A stretch of 64,000 bases of DNA, taken from NCBI GenBank assembly GCA_964016885.1, contig OZ024745.1:48856001-48920000 (forward strand), given 5' to 3'. The notes under the pieces are model-generated. The model was not told the DNA's origin and ran no database searches. It was given only the letters and a program-made list of their open reading frames with translations. The translations under genes and the position numbers were made by a program. Shown piece by piece: positions 11,201 to 27,300 of this stretch (position 1 is the first letter of the stretch; each line of letters opens with the position of its first letter). Source of the stretch: Eledone cirrhosa (Eukaryota).

Positions 11201-14200
11201 GGTGTCCCAACATGGCTACAGTTCAATGACTGGTAACAGTAAAAGAATAAAAGAATATACTTCAAATTAGCACACTTTGTATGTACTTCAATATAATCAT
11301 AATTCTAGAGCAGTTTAGTAAAATATCTGTAGCTTCAGGTACGGGTCACGCTCAAGGCATGTAGCATATTGTATCATTGAGAAAAACTTATTCCACATGG
11401 CTCTAGTCAACTCAGATGGCAAAAATGAGTTACACATATAATTCAAAGGGTTGGCTTTGTCACACATTATGTCATGCAGTATCTCCTTGAGAACTCTGTT
11501 ATGGATACATGTGTCTGTGGAATGCTTAGTCACTATCACATTAATTTCACAAGCAGGCTATACCATTGTTCAAATAACTGGAACACATGTCAGAACAGAC
11601 AGAAGTTCAACACAAAATAAAATTTATGTTAGTATTGCCCAACAGAAATCATTCATGTTATAAAGTGAAGAGCAACCAGCTGTAGAAACTGTACCAAACA
11701 TAATGACATACACAACAGACTAGGCCAGTTTTCCTCTGTTGGTGTGTGCTAGATGATGAAGAGCCGTGGCAAATGGCAAGAGAGAGGACTACAGTTGGTG
11801 GTGTGATGAAGGACAGGAGAAGGTAGCAAGATGATGAACCACAAGAGGTGGTTGGTACCTAAATGAAAGCTCACAGCAAGTGGCACAACGTTAATACCTA
11901 TCCAATTCATGCCAGTATAAAAACAAAATGGATGCAAAATGATGATGATGATGATATCATTCAATGAACTATAACCCTTCCCAATAAACCATTTACTTAG
12001 GTCCAAAATACAAATGTATTTTTATTAACCAAATATAAGTGAATAGACTGATAAAACAAACCTGATCAGCAGGTGTATCAGAAGCTCGACCAGCTCCTCT
12101 CCCGTGGAGTTTGACAACCTCTCGAAGACCTGTAGCAGCTCCATGCCGAATTTCCCAAGCATTATGAAACAGATCATTCATTAAAACTTCACAAAAAGAC
12201 TCAAAAGGCCATTCTTCGCACTAAAGAAAAAAATACAAAAATAATATGAAGCTTAATATTTTTTTAATTTTGAAAACTAATAAAATGTTAGAGATTCAAA
12301 CCTATAATCTTATACAACTTCACAGCAAAAGATGTAAAAATTATCAATAACAAAAGCTAAGTTTGGTTAAAAAAAAAAAAGATATTCTTTAATAAAAAGA
12401 AAAAGCTTTTTTAGCTTTTTAACCATTTTGATACCAAACCACCTGAAACCATCCCTGGCTATATGATACAAAACTGTTTATTTTAAAATGCTCATATTTA
12501 TCTAAAAAACCTTCCATTATAATTTTATATAAGAACCTTTGTTAAGTTACACTCCAAATATCAGCTAAATAATGAGAAAGTTATTTTACAAATACCCTCC
12601 AAAATTATTTGAAAATCATAGATTGTCCTTCATATGGCCACAGAAAAGTGAATTACTAAAAATTATTAATATTTTATATTTTACCTATTCAGCAATTCAA
12701 TAGCTTATATTTAAATTTTTTTATTATTTTCCATAAACATTAAGAATTTTAAAAAATGTATTATTATTTCAATAAAAATATATTGGCAAAAAAAACAAGA
12801 GTTCTTAAATCATTACTTACTGCCTCGTCTGCCGATGAGTTTGGTACAGCTACATCAATAATCAATCTATCTTCTTCAACGAGTTTCTCATTCAAGTTAA
12901 GTTTTGCCTTCTTTACATTTGGTTCACCCTCATTAGAAGTTGATTCCCTATAATAATAATATATAATATACTTCACTATAATATATAACAAGATAAATAT
13001 AATAAAACAGATATACTTTGTCAAACCCATACCATCATGATAAGCAAGCACAGACTGATAATCTATATATATAAAACAGAGGATGTCTGTCTGTGTGTGT
13101 GTGAGTTCGAATCCCTAAAACTCGAGAACCACCCAACCGACTGTTTTCAAACTTTACACATGTAATACTTATGTTTCAGGGAGTGTTCTGAGCAAATAAA
13201 ATTTCAAATTTTCTAATCCCCAGGGACCACATTAGGCGATTTAGCGATCTCGCTCTATAATTCTTAGTCTTTCTCTTTTTAGATAGATACATACTTATAA
13301 CGTCGCGCCCTTATAATATCTGTCTGTCTGCATTACATCACTTCCTTGAGGATGTCTGTGTGTGTGAGTTTGAATCACTAAAACTCGAGAAGTACCCAAC
13401 CGATTTTATTCAAACTTTACATGTGTATTACTTATGTTTCAGGGAGTGTTAGGCACATAAAGAAATTCGACTTTTTTTTATCTCCTAGCATTAGGTGAAA
13501 AACTGCGTTGTTTAACATTTTTAGGGTTTTTTTAAGGTGTTACGTCAGACCAATTTCCTTGAAATTGTAACTATGTATTAGTCAGTCTCTTCTTCATACC
13601 ATAAGCAAAGAAAATCCAACTTTCTTATAGCCTAAGGCCTGCATTAGGTGAAAAACTTCATTTTTTTCAGCTTCTCAGGGCTTTTTGGAGGCGTTACGTC
13701 TAGCCGATTTTCCCGAAATTTCAAGGCATATTATGCACATAAAAAAATTCATTTTCTTGAACCCCTAGGGCCCGCATTAGGTGAAAACCTGCATTTTTCC
13801 TGTTTCAGTGAGGAAAATCTTAAAGATTATCCAGCCATCAGAGTATTCGGTTTATTTTCTTTACATATTGTCCAGGCATGCAGTTTTTAGGTCTATTGGC
13901 GGCCCGCGTTCCAAAATACCTTATCCTGTGCAACGCCGGGTACCACTGCTAGTGAATAATAAATAAATAACAAATTAACTTATCTGTAATAATGGTTTCT
14001 TAAATAGGCACAAGGCCAGCAATGGGGGGGGGTCGATTAAATCGACCCCAGCGCCTGCCTGGTACTTTATTTTATCGACCCCTTAAGGATGAAAGGCAAA
14101 GTTAACCTCAGCGGAATTTGAACTCAATGCTTGAAAGCATGGTCTCCGAGTCTCTACCGATACTACCAAACCACCACCCTTATCTGTTTCTAATGTAAGT

Positions 14201-17200
14201 ATTAGGGTGGAAAGGGAAATCAATTTGCAACAGTGTTATGGGTAGGATGCTGGCTAAACCTATGTAGGTGTGAATCAGAAGAACAATATGTAAAAATGGA
14301 TATTCATCCATAGACCTTTAACTGATTAACTTGTAGGGACACCATAGTGACATATCTTCATCATTGAAACCTGGTGGACCCCATCCCTCTTCAGATCTGA
14401 ACACAAGTTCTCCCACAGAATAAAAGAAGGGGTAGGTAGAGGAAGAATCAACACTAATACTGGACTGGATGAAAAGCAAAATTGTCCTCAACAGAATTTG
14501 AACTCGGAGTGCTAGAGCAAATACCACTAAGCATTCTGTTTGACGTTCTAACAACCCCACTCACCCTTAAAATATGGATAAAAACAACAACAAAAATTTT
14601 AATATATTTACTTGGAGGATCTAAACATCAGAATATATTTATATGAGAATATTTATTATACTTTATTTCATACTATTCTATGATGTTCTTCAAAGTAAAT
14701 AATAAACTTAATGAAATTATTTAAAATGTGAATTATTTGAAAATATTAACTTTACCCTTGTGCTTCTTTTGATCTCTGTTTGGCTAAATTCCTGGCTTTC
14801 CGTCGAGCTTTGTTTCTTTCTCGGGCGCTCATCCCACTAGTGACATTCATTAATTGTTGTTTAACTAGTTCACCAACAGATTTCTGAGAAAATTGAGAAA
14901 TTTAAAAGACTCTTTGTTAATCAACAACAATAAGCTCTATTATACATGGTTTTATGGTAATTGATTTCTGTTTATTAAATAGCTGGGTTGTGCTTTTGAC
15001 AGAGATTGTAACTCAATACACTGGGTAACACTAGTAAACAGACACACATACATATCATCATCGTTTTTACGCCTACTTTTCCATATATATATATATATAC
15101 ACACACATACATTATCATCATCATCATCATCATCATCATTTAACGTCTATCTTCCACGCTAGCATGGCTTTAGACGGCAATTGTCCCACTTGAGGCAAAA
15201 TTGGTTGTCTTGCTCGTATAGGACTGTCTGGCATGTTTTCTACGGTTGGATGCCCTTCCTTACACCAACCATGTTTACAGTGTGGACTGGGAGGTTTTTA
15301 CCGTGTTACCTACACAACCTCATTTATTTAGGACTGGATGCTGTGGTACCAACATAACTTTACAGAGAGAGGGATGGTGTTGATGGGGGTGGGGGTAAGG
15401 GTAATGATATGGGGGTGTATTTTTAGTTAAGAAGTGCCTACTGACTGTAGGTTTCGCTTTGTACTTAGGCAAGGCGGGTCTTCTGTATTACTGCATAGAA
15501 CCAAAGATCTCGGTCCAGTGACGTTGTCTTGGCGAAGTGTGTGTAAGGTCGGAATTTATCAAATCGTCCCAGGTTTATCTGGGTCTGCCTACTCCATAGC
15601 TTCCATCAATTTTGATCGCCCTGCACTTTTTTATACAGCTGTCGTCTCGCATGCGCATCACGTGACCACATATATATACACATATACATACACACACACA
15701 CATACACACATATATATATATATACACACATATACATACACACACACACACACACATATATATACACACACACATATATATATATATATGTATGTGTGTG
15801 TGTAGAGAGAGAGAGATAAGCCAACCTGCATAGTCTACAAATTCCATTCACAAGGCATTGGTCAACCAAAACAGAAGACACTTGCTCAAGGTGCCATACA
15901 GTGGGATAGATACCAGAACCATGTTCTTACAAAGCAAATTTTTTAAGCAGAAAATTAATAAAATTGTTGTTAAAGTTCACACCTCCATACATTTAGCCAA
16001 CTTCCTTTGGGATGTATCTCATGAGCTTTCTTGGGTGTTTCTAATATTAATATTACCGAATAAACAATGATTTTATTCAGGGGAAAAAAGCACCCAGTCC
16101 ACTCTGTAAAGTGGTTACACTGGTGCATCAAGGAAAACACCCAGTCTACCCCATAAGCTGATTGTGCTGGTGCACGAAAAAAGCTAATGGTACACACTGT
16201 AAGTGAAAGTTGGTTTGGTATTAGGAAGGGCAACCAACTAGAAAACGAAATCAAAAACAGAACATATGAACAAGACATGGTCACTAGATCTGTTTGGCCT
16301 CATAACATGACAACCCATCTAATCCATGCAAGCATGGAAAATAGATGTTAAACAGTGATGATAATGATTACAATGGATTTACAAGTAAAATTTAAATAAA
16401 CTCACTTTACATCTATCCATAGAATTTACATCAATCTTATTCTGTGTAAGATCTTCATCATTAAAAAGACAGTCTGTGTCAAAATCTCCAGCCATATCAA
16501 GACCAAGTCGCTTATTTAGAAACTGTCTTTGTTTTATCAACCGTTCTTTATCATCCATATCTGAAAATACATATATAAAGCAATTGTGTTCAATATTTTC
16601 AATCATGTAATTCCAAATTTAAAGGATTCATCTGAGACAATGGAATCTGTACCTGAAAATCTCTCAAAGGCACAAGCCTGGGCAAGTGATTTTGTGGAAG
16701 ACTAACAATTGCCAATACATGGAAGTCTCCCCTCTCCATCCCACAGATGTTGACCAAAGAAAAAGGAAGGGCTAATACAGCATGACCAGTAAAGGCTGAT
16801 ACCTTATCAACCATGAAAAGCTAAGCTGACTTCTGTAGGATTTGAATTCAGAGCACAGAGAACTAGAACAAATCCTGTGAGACATTTAATTCAACACAAA
16901 TCCTGTGAGACATTTAATTCAACATCATGACCAGTAAAGACCGATACTTTATCAACTCTGAAAGGATGAAAAGCAAAGCTTACTTCAGTGTATTTGAACT
17001 CAGTGCAGAAAGGTAGAACAAATCCTGCGAAAGATTTAATCCGACACAGATTACACAGACAATTCTCCACCTTAATATTTTAATAAAATACAATAATGAT
17101 TTCTAATTTAGATACAAGGCCAACAATCTGTGGAAAGGGGAAAGTCGATTATATTGACCTTAGAATGTGATTAGTTCTTAATTGTATTAACATTGGAAGG

Positions 17201-18229
17201 ATGAAAGACAAAGCTGACTTCAGCAGGATTTGAACTCAGAACATAAAGGCCAGTAACTAAATGCCATGAGACATTTTGTCTAATCCTCTAACAATTCTGC
17301 CAATCCACCACCCTTTAATAAAGTACAATAATGACAATAAAATGAACTCAAATTCTCACCAGCGCCACTCTCTTCAACATCATATTCATTGCCTTCAGAA
17401 CCCAACAAAGAAGATCCATGCAGAAGAACTTTATTAATGTCAAAATGTAAAAACATTAGACTTCCAGGTGACTGGTCACTTGGCTTTGAACCACCTTCTG
17501 AAAATAAAAGTATTATTTTTAGTTCTTTTATTCTTTTACAGGTTTCTAGTCATTAGTCTGCAGCTATACTGGAGCACCACCTTCAAAGCATTTAGTCAAT
17601 CACATCAACCGCTAATACTGGCTGGCCATATTCTGTGTCTGCCAAATGAACGGCATTCGAAAAGAGCGATGAAACTGGACTCCGCCTGGCGGTAAACGGA
17701 GGCGGGGTTGCCTAAGGATCACCTGGCGACGAACGTTCCGGAAGGACCTGATGGCAGCCAACATCACCTGGCACGGTCTCGAAAAAGTTGCCGCTGATCG
17801 TGACCGTTGGCGAGCACCTGCTGCTCGATGCGCCGAACGGCGCAGAAGAATCTAAGACTAAGACTAATACTTATTACTCCAAGTATGGTACTTACTGATA
17901 TCTTTTTGTTGAACTGGTAACTTATTTATATACATATATCATCATCGTTTTTGTGTCAACTTTTTCATGCTGGCATTGATTGGACAGAACATGTGTCCAA
18001 TGTCTTACAACCAGATGCCCTTCTTTGTCCCTTCATACATCAAGAAGGGATATTCTAAACCAGCTATACATGGTTAATATATATATATATATATACTTCC
18101 TTTTTGTGTTTGTTTTGAAAGCGTGTGTTGAAACAGACATTGTTATCCTTTGGGAACGCCATACTGTCAATAAAAATGCATGATCCAGATGCATGTGTTT
18201 TTATTGGCAGCATGACCTTCCAAAAGTAT

Positions 18230-18322
<93 letters not shown>

Positions 18323-21300
18323 TCATCATCATCATCATCGTTTAACGTCCATTTTCCACGCTAGCATGGGTTAGATATAGATATATATATATATATATGA
18401 AATGGTTCAGGACCCCGACGGCAGAGCTCAAGCTGTTTCGACGGCTATTTCTGGACTAGAAATAGCCATCGAAACGGCTTGAGCTCTGTTGTCGTGGTCT
18501 TGAACTTTTTCCTATTACCTACTTATCGAGTACTCTGGTGCGTTATGGTCCACCTGGTTCCTTACCACACTTCCTTCGTTATATATATATATATATCCCT
18601 TGTTACCAGGAAGAGCAGACATATGATGATGATATACAAGTGTAAGTACTAACAAAATAAAACAACAATCAACACAATGTGGGAGTCGAGAATATTTATA
18701 TTAACAATCTGACCTATTTATGCATTACTAAACAGTTTTGAAGATGTAAACACATCTAGCTCTCTCAGATGCTATAGTAAAAGACATATACCCAAGGTGC
18801 CATGTAGAGGGAATAAACCTGAAACCAAGTGGTTGTAAAGTAAATTCTTTAACCACATGCCTGTTGAAAAAAAACAAAAAGTGAAATTTTAGAAAAAAAG
18901 ATATTACCTTCTTTGGTGAGACCCAATGGGTTCCATTCTGGTACATTTCTTACAATAGCTTCAATAGCCTGCCCAGCAGCAATACGAGTGTCCCAATTGG
19001 AGTTTCTTAAAAACTTATGAACCTGAAATATAATTATATTTAATGGTTTCATTTTCCTTTTCATTTTTAATTATCAATCTTTTAACTGTTTTGATACTGA
19101 ACTGCCTGAAACAGCCCCTAGTTTTATGATACAATGTCATTTGTTTTAAATTTAAACATTCCATCAAAGTTTTATGTAAAAAAAATGTTTTAACGGTTTC
19201 AAATAACAGCTTAATGAAAAAATCAGTTATATTACTAAATCCCCATGACACCTTCCCAGTAGAAGCACTTGGACTAAAAGAACATAGAAAAAAGGAATTT
19301 ACCTTAGTTAATAAATTATTCAGTTCATGGGGATGAAGTTTCTGTACTTCTCCAAGTTGTTCAGCTGCCGACTTTCTTATCAAAGGTGTGGAACCAGTCT
19401 CCAGCAAGAGAAATAGGCGATCCAATCTGAAATGATAATAGCAAATTTTAGAACTTTTTTTTCTAAAACTCATACAAACAATTATATCTAAATAGATAGA
19501 GGATGAGAAACATTAATACAAATGAAAATTTTACTATAAAAATTATTTATATACTTCAAAGTATTCAGTTAGTTCCTAATATCAGAATCATAATAAAAAT
19601 AATAAAGAATGTAAGTAATTAATATAAAAGAAAGTACTGTAAATAGAGCTATACAAGGTATACAAGACATATCTGGAAAGAGTGGATGAATGGGGTCAGT
19701 AGAAAGTACTATACCAGCGAGGATAGTTACTGAGATGCTAATAATATCCAGAGAATTGACACACACACAACTAATTAAGGAGTGTATTAGCTTAAATGAG
19801 ATGTAGTATATGTCTTTGGCAGGACAGAGTATCACAGATGCTATCTTTACATTAGACAAATACAAAGTTCTTAAATAAGAGCAAGCCAGCATAGATAGCA
19901 TTCACTGATCTGAAGAAAACCTTTGACAGAGATTCGAACTGGTAGTTGTTAAGAAAGCTAGGTGTAAACGAATGGCTTGTAAAAGCCATGCAAACCATAT
20001 CCAGAGAAGCTGTCAGCAATGTGAAAGTTGGAAATGAGTTTAGTGAGGAATCTAACATGGGGGTAGGCATCCATCAGAAGTCAGTTCTCAGCTCTCTAAT
20101 GTTTATTATACTTCTTTGAGAAATTCCAACCATAAAAGCAAGTTTTATAAATGAGATGCTTCAAATGAAACGTAGCAAAGTTTAAGAAATGGAGCAAGCA
20201 TCCTCCATTGGAAGTGTAATGTTAGAGTGCATTAACAACTGAATACACATGAGCTAAGAGAAAAACTGGATACAAAAGAAATCAAATGTAATGCGCAAGA
20301 GAGAAAAGTACGCTGGTATAGACATGAAAAGTATATAGATGATAGCAATCCAAGTGTAAAGATCTCGCAAACAAAAAGCTGAACCTGATGAAGGATCACA
20401 ACAAATGGTGAGACACTAAACTGGACCACACTCATCCAAACTATGTAAGCATGGAAAAAACAAACATAAAATTGATGATGATTATGTTCTTACAATCAAC
20501 TATTTATTCAACCTCATAGAAAGGGTTTACTGCTACTTAATTGTCTGCCAAACTAGAGTAATTTGCATGGGATGATTGAAAAGAACCTTTAGCAAATACT
20601 CATCAAAGTTTCCAATTGGTGAATTGTAACATTTGAATGCAGACTTCATTGTCTGAACAATACTTTTGGCTACACCAATATATTTTTGACTGAAAGTGAA
20701 ACTCAATTTTCTTACAACGAAGTTGGTTTAACCAGTTTTTTAATTAAATGAATTCTGGTGTCACTTTTCAAGAGAATGATTAGACTATGAGAGAAAACAG
20801 ATATTTCCTTACTGGAATATAAAAAGTCTCCAACTTATAATGACTGAGTCAACTAAGATCAATACATTTCCAGCATTTTGTACATATCTTTAGACCATAA
20901 GTAATCTTTCTTAAGGACATGTCCTTATTGGTTCAAGGTGTACCTTTGAATCTGATTTTAGTGCACAAAAAATGAGATGACAAATTCTTCAATATCTGTA
21001 CCAAGTCTAAGCCACCAAACAAGCCTTTACTTTCCTCAGTGACTGTTGTACACCAATGTAATAACCATTAACATTAATTGCAGAAAAATTGAAGAATAGA
21101 CAACCCTTTATTATTTTGGGGAGGGGGGTATCAGAAACATAGTAATATGGTATACTTTTCAGAAAACCTGCACTGATTAATACAAATTTATAAGAGCTAA
21201 CCATCACAAAAGTTTAGGTGTACATATTTTTCAACAGCACACTTTGAATTTTCAATGGAAAAATCTTGAATTGTTGAATTGAGAGATTTTTCAATTTGAC

Positions 21301-24300
21301 GATTGCATTGATGGTGCATATAATGCAAAGAATTTGGATTTAACCAGTTCAGGTCATCTATAAACAGTTCGGTGTTCAACTATACTGACTATGTCACTGT
21401 TTCTTTAACATTTTCAAGATTTAAGTGTTTATTATAGTCTATCTTAGTGTTATAATAAGCTGATTATTAAAGTTGTAAATCTTCATCACCAATTATGTTT
21501 ATTACTAAAGTCCACAACAGTAAGTCAATGACTAAGTTCAAATCTTGAAATGTTTGTTATAACTGGGTATTGTGATTCACTAACACTATCCAAGCAGCAA
21601 ACCTTAACTTTCTTTTTTACTTTGAACTAATTTGCCACTTTCAACAGACCTCACCATGTGCAGACAGGGGAAACACATGAAATACCACAACTTTAGCATA
21701 ACAATAAATACTACAGATCAGTGAGATAATACAGTGTGCAAATGGTGAGATATCTTCTCACCATTTACATGTTCATAATAGAACAGGGAACAAAACAAGT
21801 AACTATCTAGAATAGTATAAATATGACAAATTCAAAACGGCATTTTTATTTCCATGTTTATGTATTTAACCCTTTAGCATTTAAAATGGCCGTATCTGAC
21901 CAGAATTCTCTCACCTCTGTCTGTTCAAACCAGCCATAACCGGCTGCTCAAACTTATGTTAAGGTATTATTCTCAAAATAAATAATATCAAAATCTTATA
22001 GATTCAATATTATGTGAGATAATTATCTGAAATAAAGTGTTTACCATGAAAATACAATAGTAAATATAGAGTAATGTAAATGCTGAAGGGTTAAACATAC
22101 TTTGATTCTTACACAGACATAGCTGGATAATTAAGAAGTTTGTTGCACATTCATGAGCTACCAAGTTCAATCCCATTGTGTGATGTCTTGGACAAATGAC
22201 TTTACCATAGCCTCGATTTGACTCAAACACTCATTAAACTTTGGAATATGTCTGTGCAATATTCAGCCACTTATACGTTAATTTATATGTTGGATGTTCA
22301 GTTGATTGATCAACTGAATGCTCATTAACAATACTGATGGAAAATCCATTATTAATTCTGATTTTAATTATTTGTAACAAAATGTCTTTGTGCTTTTCTA
22401 TATATAATGCTTACAAATTAAAGTAGAAAATTTTGCTGTATCATATACAAAACTCCACTCTTAACCCATTTGATATCAGCCTTTAATTCTGATACAAATT
22501 CTAAAATTTTACAGTGTTCCTATTTAAATTAAAGCGACTTATGATATATATATATATGTAATCATTTGTCAAATTATGCTCTAAACACCAACTAAATAAT
22601 GAAAAAAAAAATATCCAAATCTTTTATTATTTTAAAAATGAATTAAAATACATAGTCCATTTCATTAAAAATATAATCACGAAAGAGTTAATTCCTAAAA
22701 GATGTTTTTCTTAAAGTCAAAACTAGATATAAATAGAATAATAATCAAAGCAACAAAGTAGCAAGGTGTGGTTACATTTCACATGAATAAATATTTATGT
22801 AATAATTTATACACAATGAGAGTTTAATGTTTCACCTATCAAGAATGTTTCCAGTGTTTCTTTGAAACCCTGAGACTAATATTCACTAGTAAGTTTTATT
22901 TGTGTAAAGAAAAAGTTAACCTTTTAGCATTCACATTACTCTATTATATTTTCATGGTATAGGCTTTACCTCGCGTAATTATCTCACATAATATCGAATC
23001 TATGAGATTTTGAGAACAATACCTTAACATCAGTATGAATGGCCAGATACAGCCAATTTCAACTGAAAGAGGTAGAGAATTCTGGCCGGTTTGAACATTA
23101 AATGGTTAAACCCTCACAGAGCTTGGCATTCAAAGCCACCTCCCAAATGGTACATCTGTGTTAAGATAGAAGCAGACCAGCTCAATTACAGGGAGATACC
23201 ATGTGTATCTAAGTTAGGCTGGATACACTATATCCTTGCATGTCTAAGAAGCAACTAAAAGGTTTGATGTCTTGAAGAGCATCCAGCTATAAAACATTGC
23301 TTCAAAAGATCCTGTCCAACCCATGCCAGCATGGAAAAGTCAATGTAATGATGATGATGGTGCTGTAGACTTCTATGGTCTTCCTTGACACCTTCTCTCA
23401 GTGCATGAGAGGCAATAACAGCCATCTATGGGATTTAAATCTAGGTAGAATTTGAACTAAGAACAAAGAACTGAAAGAGACAGCTCAAAGTATCTTATCC
23501 AACTCTCTAATAATTCCACCACCTTTAACAGAAATATGAAAAAAAGTGACATTTACAGCTCACACCTATGTAGGTTTAGCTGGCCTCTTATGAGCTTGCA
23601 TTTCATATGGATACAGCACCCCTTAGTAGCTGTTATCATAGTACTTTCCATGCTGATAGAAATCAACCCCTCCCCTCCTACCAATTACTGTCAATTCCAA
23701 CCACTCCCCCAACCTTATACATCCAAGACATCATCCATCTTCACCCTATCCCTCTAAGTTGGAGAAAGCTCTTCAGTTGAGTCAATAACCAACAACCCCT
23801 CTAGTGCTGGTGCCAAAAAAATGCACCCAGCACACCTTGTAAGACAGTTTGTTTTAAGGGCACTGAAAACTCGCTAATGTTGGTGGCTACTTTGCTGTTC
23901 TCCTTTTCGCAATCTCAAGAATGACAGCAGATTTGTTAAGCAAATGAACAAAGCAGCCGGCTTAAACTTCCTATACTTAATACATTACATCCTCCATAAA
24001 AATTCCTTTCTCTGACTCTAATTGTATCATCCAGACTTTCTTCCTCATAGTTCATGAAGTGTCCAAGCTCTTTTCCAATGTTCTAAAATTAGTAAACATT
24101 GTCCTAAAGAAGATAATTGTTTCTACTTTTGGCACAAGGCCAGCAATTACCCAGTACATTACTGGTACTTTATTTTATCGACCCCGTAAGGATGAAAGGC
24201 AAAGTTAACCTCGGCGAAGAAGATAATGAAGACTGTCAAACCATTTAAATGTAAAATTCTTCTTAGATAGAATTTCCATCAAACAGTGAAGATGATTTCA

Positions 24301-27300
24301 GGAGGCTCAAATGTTGATTAACAAGTCATGCATCAAGCAGTCACAATTTTGGAGGTTTATGCAAAACTTTAATTTTACTGGCAACATAAATTCTTTAAAT
24401 GGCTTCTTAAACTTGATAACTGATCTCTGGAAAATGGTACAGCAATAGATCCAAGTAGTATTGAAATTCCTTATGATATATGACTGTCAAAGGAAATATA
24501 ACTGGATAAATATATATTGACGCCATTGATATCACCAGTGAAGAAGCAATATGAAATTTCAACAGATAATCCTCTCAACAAGAAACAAAGATAGCCTAAT
24601 GTTCAACAATCAATTACTGGACGACATCAAGCAGAAGTGTTAGTTATTGACAAGGGTTCAGCAATAAATTTCCCTCATGAATGAACAAATTTCATCACAT
24701 ACCTCCCAAGAAAATGAAACTAAAGAAAATTTCCATAATGTTTCTTCAAAACTTGAATCTAAGGATTGGACATCTGACACTCAACAGTTCATCCTATCAC
24801 TGCATGAGCTTTATATTCATTCATGGATACTCACAGCAAGCAAAGAATTGCTCATCTCAAAAACTGATTTGACTGAAACAAAGACAATTTTTAGGTATTC
24901 CTGCATTTGCAATCACAATAAACAAATTGGCAATCTTTTCATAAAGTAGGTTTCTTCCTGCCTCAAGCTGTATGAAATTGAGTAGAACAAGGAATCAGAT
25001 GGAAGATTGCTAAGGTCAAAGAAAACTCAAAGTATTGTGTGTCTTTACATGAATGTCACAATCAAGGAATTATTATATTCAAATAAACGCAGTGACTGTT
25101 TATGGGTACAACATGAGTACATACAGATAAGACTAAACATAAAAGAGGAAGTAGTGCTGACCTGGATAAATTCTACAGGTGAGTTGTAATTCAAGTTCAT
25201 CTTGTCAAAACAATCATAGAATGACTACAGAGCATTTTATTAAGCATGATACAGTATATAGTGATTAGAAGAAATGGCAATCCTGATCTAAATATTAATA
25301 GAGACGCCTTTTACTAGACTTCTGTTCTAGTAATGAACTCTCTAATATGGTCACCTTCCAACATAAAGACATCCATAAATACACAAAATATAAAGGAAAT
25401 TGGGAACAGAGATCAATAATTGATTTTGTTATTGTGTCTGATCTCTCCAATTTTGTGCTGGATGTTCAAGTTAAGAGAGGAGCAGAGCTGTCAACTGATC
25501 ACCATCTAGTTATCTGCAACCTGAGATTACCTGGAATCTGACTTCAGATCAGTAAATAAAGTTTTCTAGCAGACCATCTGCTGACTTCATAACAGGAAAT
25601 CTCCCTCCACGCCTGCTACCAGGAACATGTCTGGAGTTCTCCTCTCTTCAGAGAGGTGCATCCTTGTGAGGTGGAGAGAATACGTTGCTGATCTCCTAAA
25701 CCCAGTCAAACAACATCTTCTGATGTACATGAGGTGCAGCTGAGAGCAATGACTAATCTGACAGAGGCTGAAGTCATGGGAGCAATTAAATAGCTCAAAT
25801 GTGGGAAGGCTTCAATAGATTGTAGCAATTTTCCTGTCCCATATCGATATAAAAATATTTGTTTTGTTTATGTTTTTTTGTCCAACGTCCGTTGTGTTTT
25901 AATCCCGAATAGCTATCCATGAATAACTCCAAGGATTCTATTGATGCACTGGAAATGAATAGTATTGTCTTATAAAGCATCCAAAACTATAATGATCCCC
26001 CAGAAAGACAATCAATGAGCGGAAATTGTCCATGTGCTCATCTCTTCTGCATTTTCTGTTTCCTATATTTCATGTTTTTATAATGATATATATATATATA
26101 TACCACCTGCCGGTGGAACAGTAGAGTGGATAGTGTGTCAGTGTGAATTGAGTTGTAATTGGGGAAAAGTGTGTTAGAAATGACTGGTCCACTTAGCACC
26201 ACTGATACTCAAAAGAAAGAGGCCTGGAAATGTTACTATGAGAGACTGATAAATGCAAACCATGAATAAGAAGAAAATAGACTACCTCCAACTTACCCAA
26301 CAGAAGGACTAGCTATTGAAGTTGACAGTTATAGGGACAAAGAAGCAATGAAGGAGATGAAGAATGGTAAATCTGTAGGACTGTTAGAGATAATTGCTGA
26401 GATGCATTGGGAGATGCATAATCAATCAGTTAATACAGGATTGTGTCAATGACTGGCACAGCAATACAATCATAAATTGCTACAAAGGCAAAAGTAATGC
26501 ATTAGAAACAAGCAACTATAGAGGAATAAAACTAATGGACCAAGTTATGAAAGTGATGGAAAGAGTTCTAGTAGAGCTAATTATAGAGTCAAATTAGACA
26601 AGATGCAGTTTGGTTTCATGTCTGGAAAAAGTACTACAGATGCCTTCTTTTTAGTGAGGAACTACAAGAAACGTTCCTAGTTAAGAATAAGCTGCTATAT
26701 TTAACCTGTGTTGATCTAGAAAAGGCCTTTGACAGAGTACTTCGATCTATTAACTGGTAACCCTTAAGGAAATTAGGTGTAGAAGAATGGTTTGTGTGAG
26801 CTGTGTTGCATCCCACTGATTGTTGTCTTCTAATAGACCTTTCCACATGCAGGCCTCTTGATAGGAATTACAAACAGCACAATACACTTTAAGAAGTTCA
26901 TCAAAGCCTTGAGGGCCTCTAACTTCAATAAGCAGCATCCTCAAGTGGAAACATTCACACTGTCCTGGATGCATTGTGTAAATCTTGCCAAGTGTTTCTG
27001 CTTTACGAATTTCAGGATGGTTTTCTACTGGTCTTCCTTGTTTTTGCTGGTTACATTTTCCTCTGTTTATCAAAGATGTAGTAGGATGGTATTTGTCCAT
27101 ACAGTAGAGTTTGTGCAAAGCTGTCAGTTCTACAAAGATCAAAAAATACTGTGTTGTTATGGACATGTGATGCACATGGAAGATAACAGCTGCATAAGGA
27201 AATGCAGAGAAACCCCAGCAGTTGGGATCTGTGGAAGAGGCAGATTAAGGAAAACCGACCTTAAAAAACTAAACCTCATAACAGAAATGACTAGAGATCA

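Noticed and set aside
15434-15881. ORFs rich in YTHT/CVCV repeats (similarly 18125, 27557, 46121)
   Set aside because: Translations of dinucleotide microsatellites.
16780-17050. Exact 28-bp tandem duplication (16868-16923) and doubled SINE fragments
   Set aside because: Ordinary local duplication within decayed SINEs.
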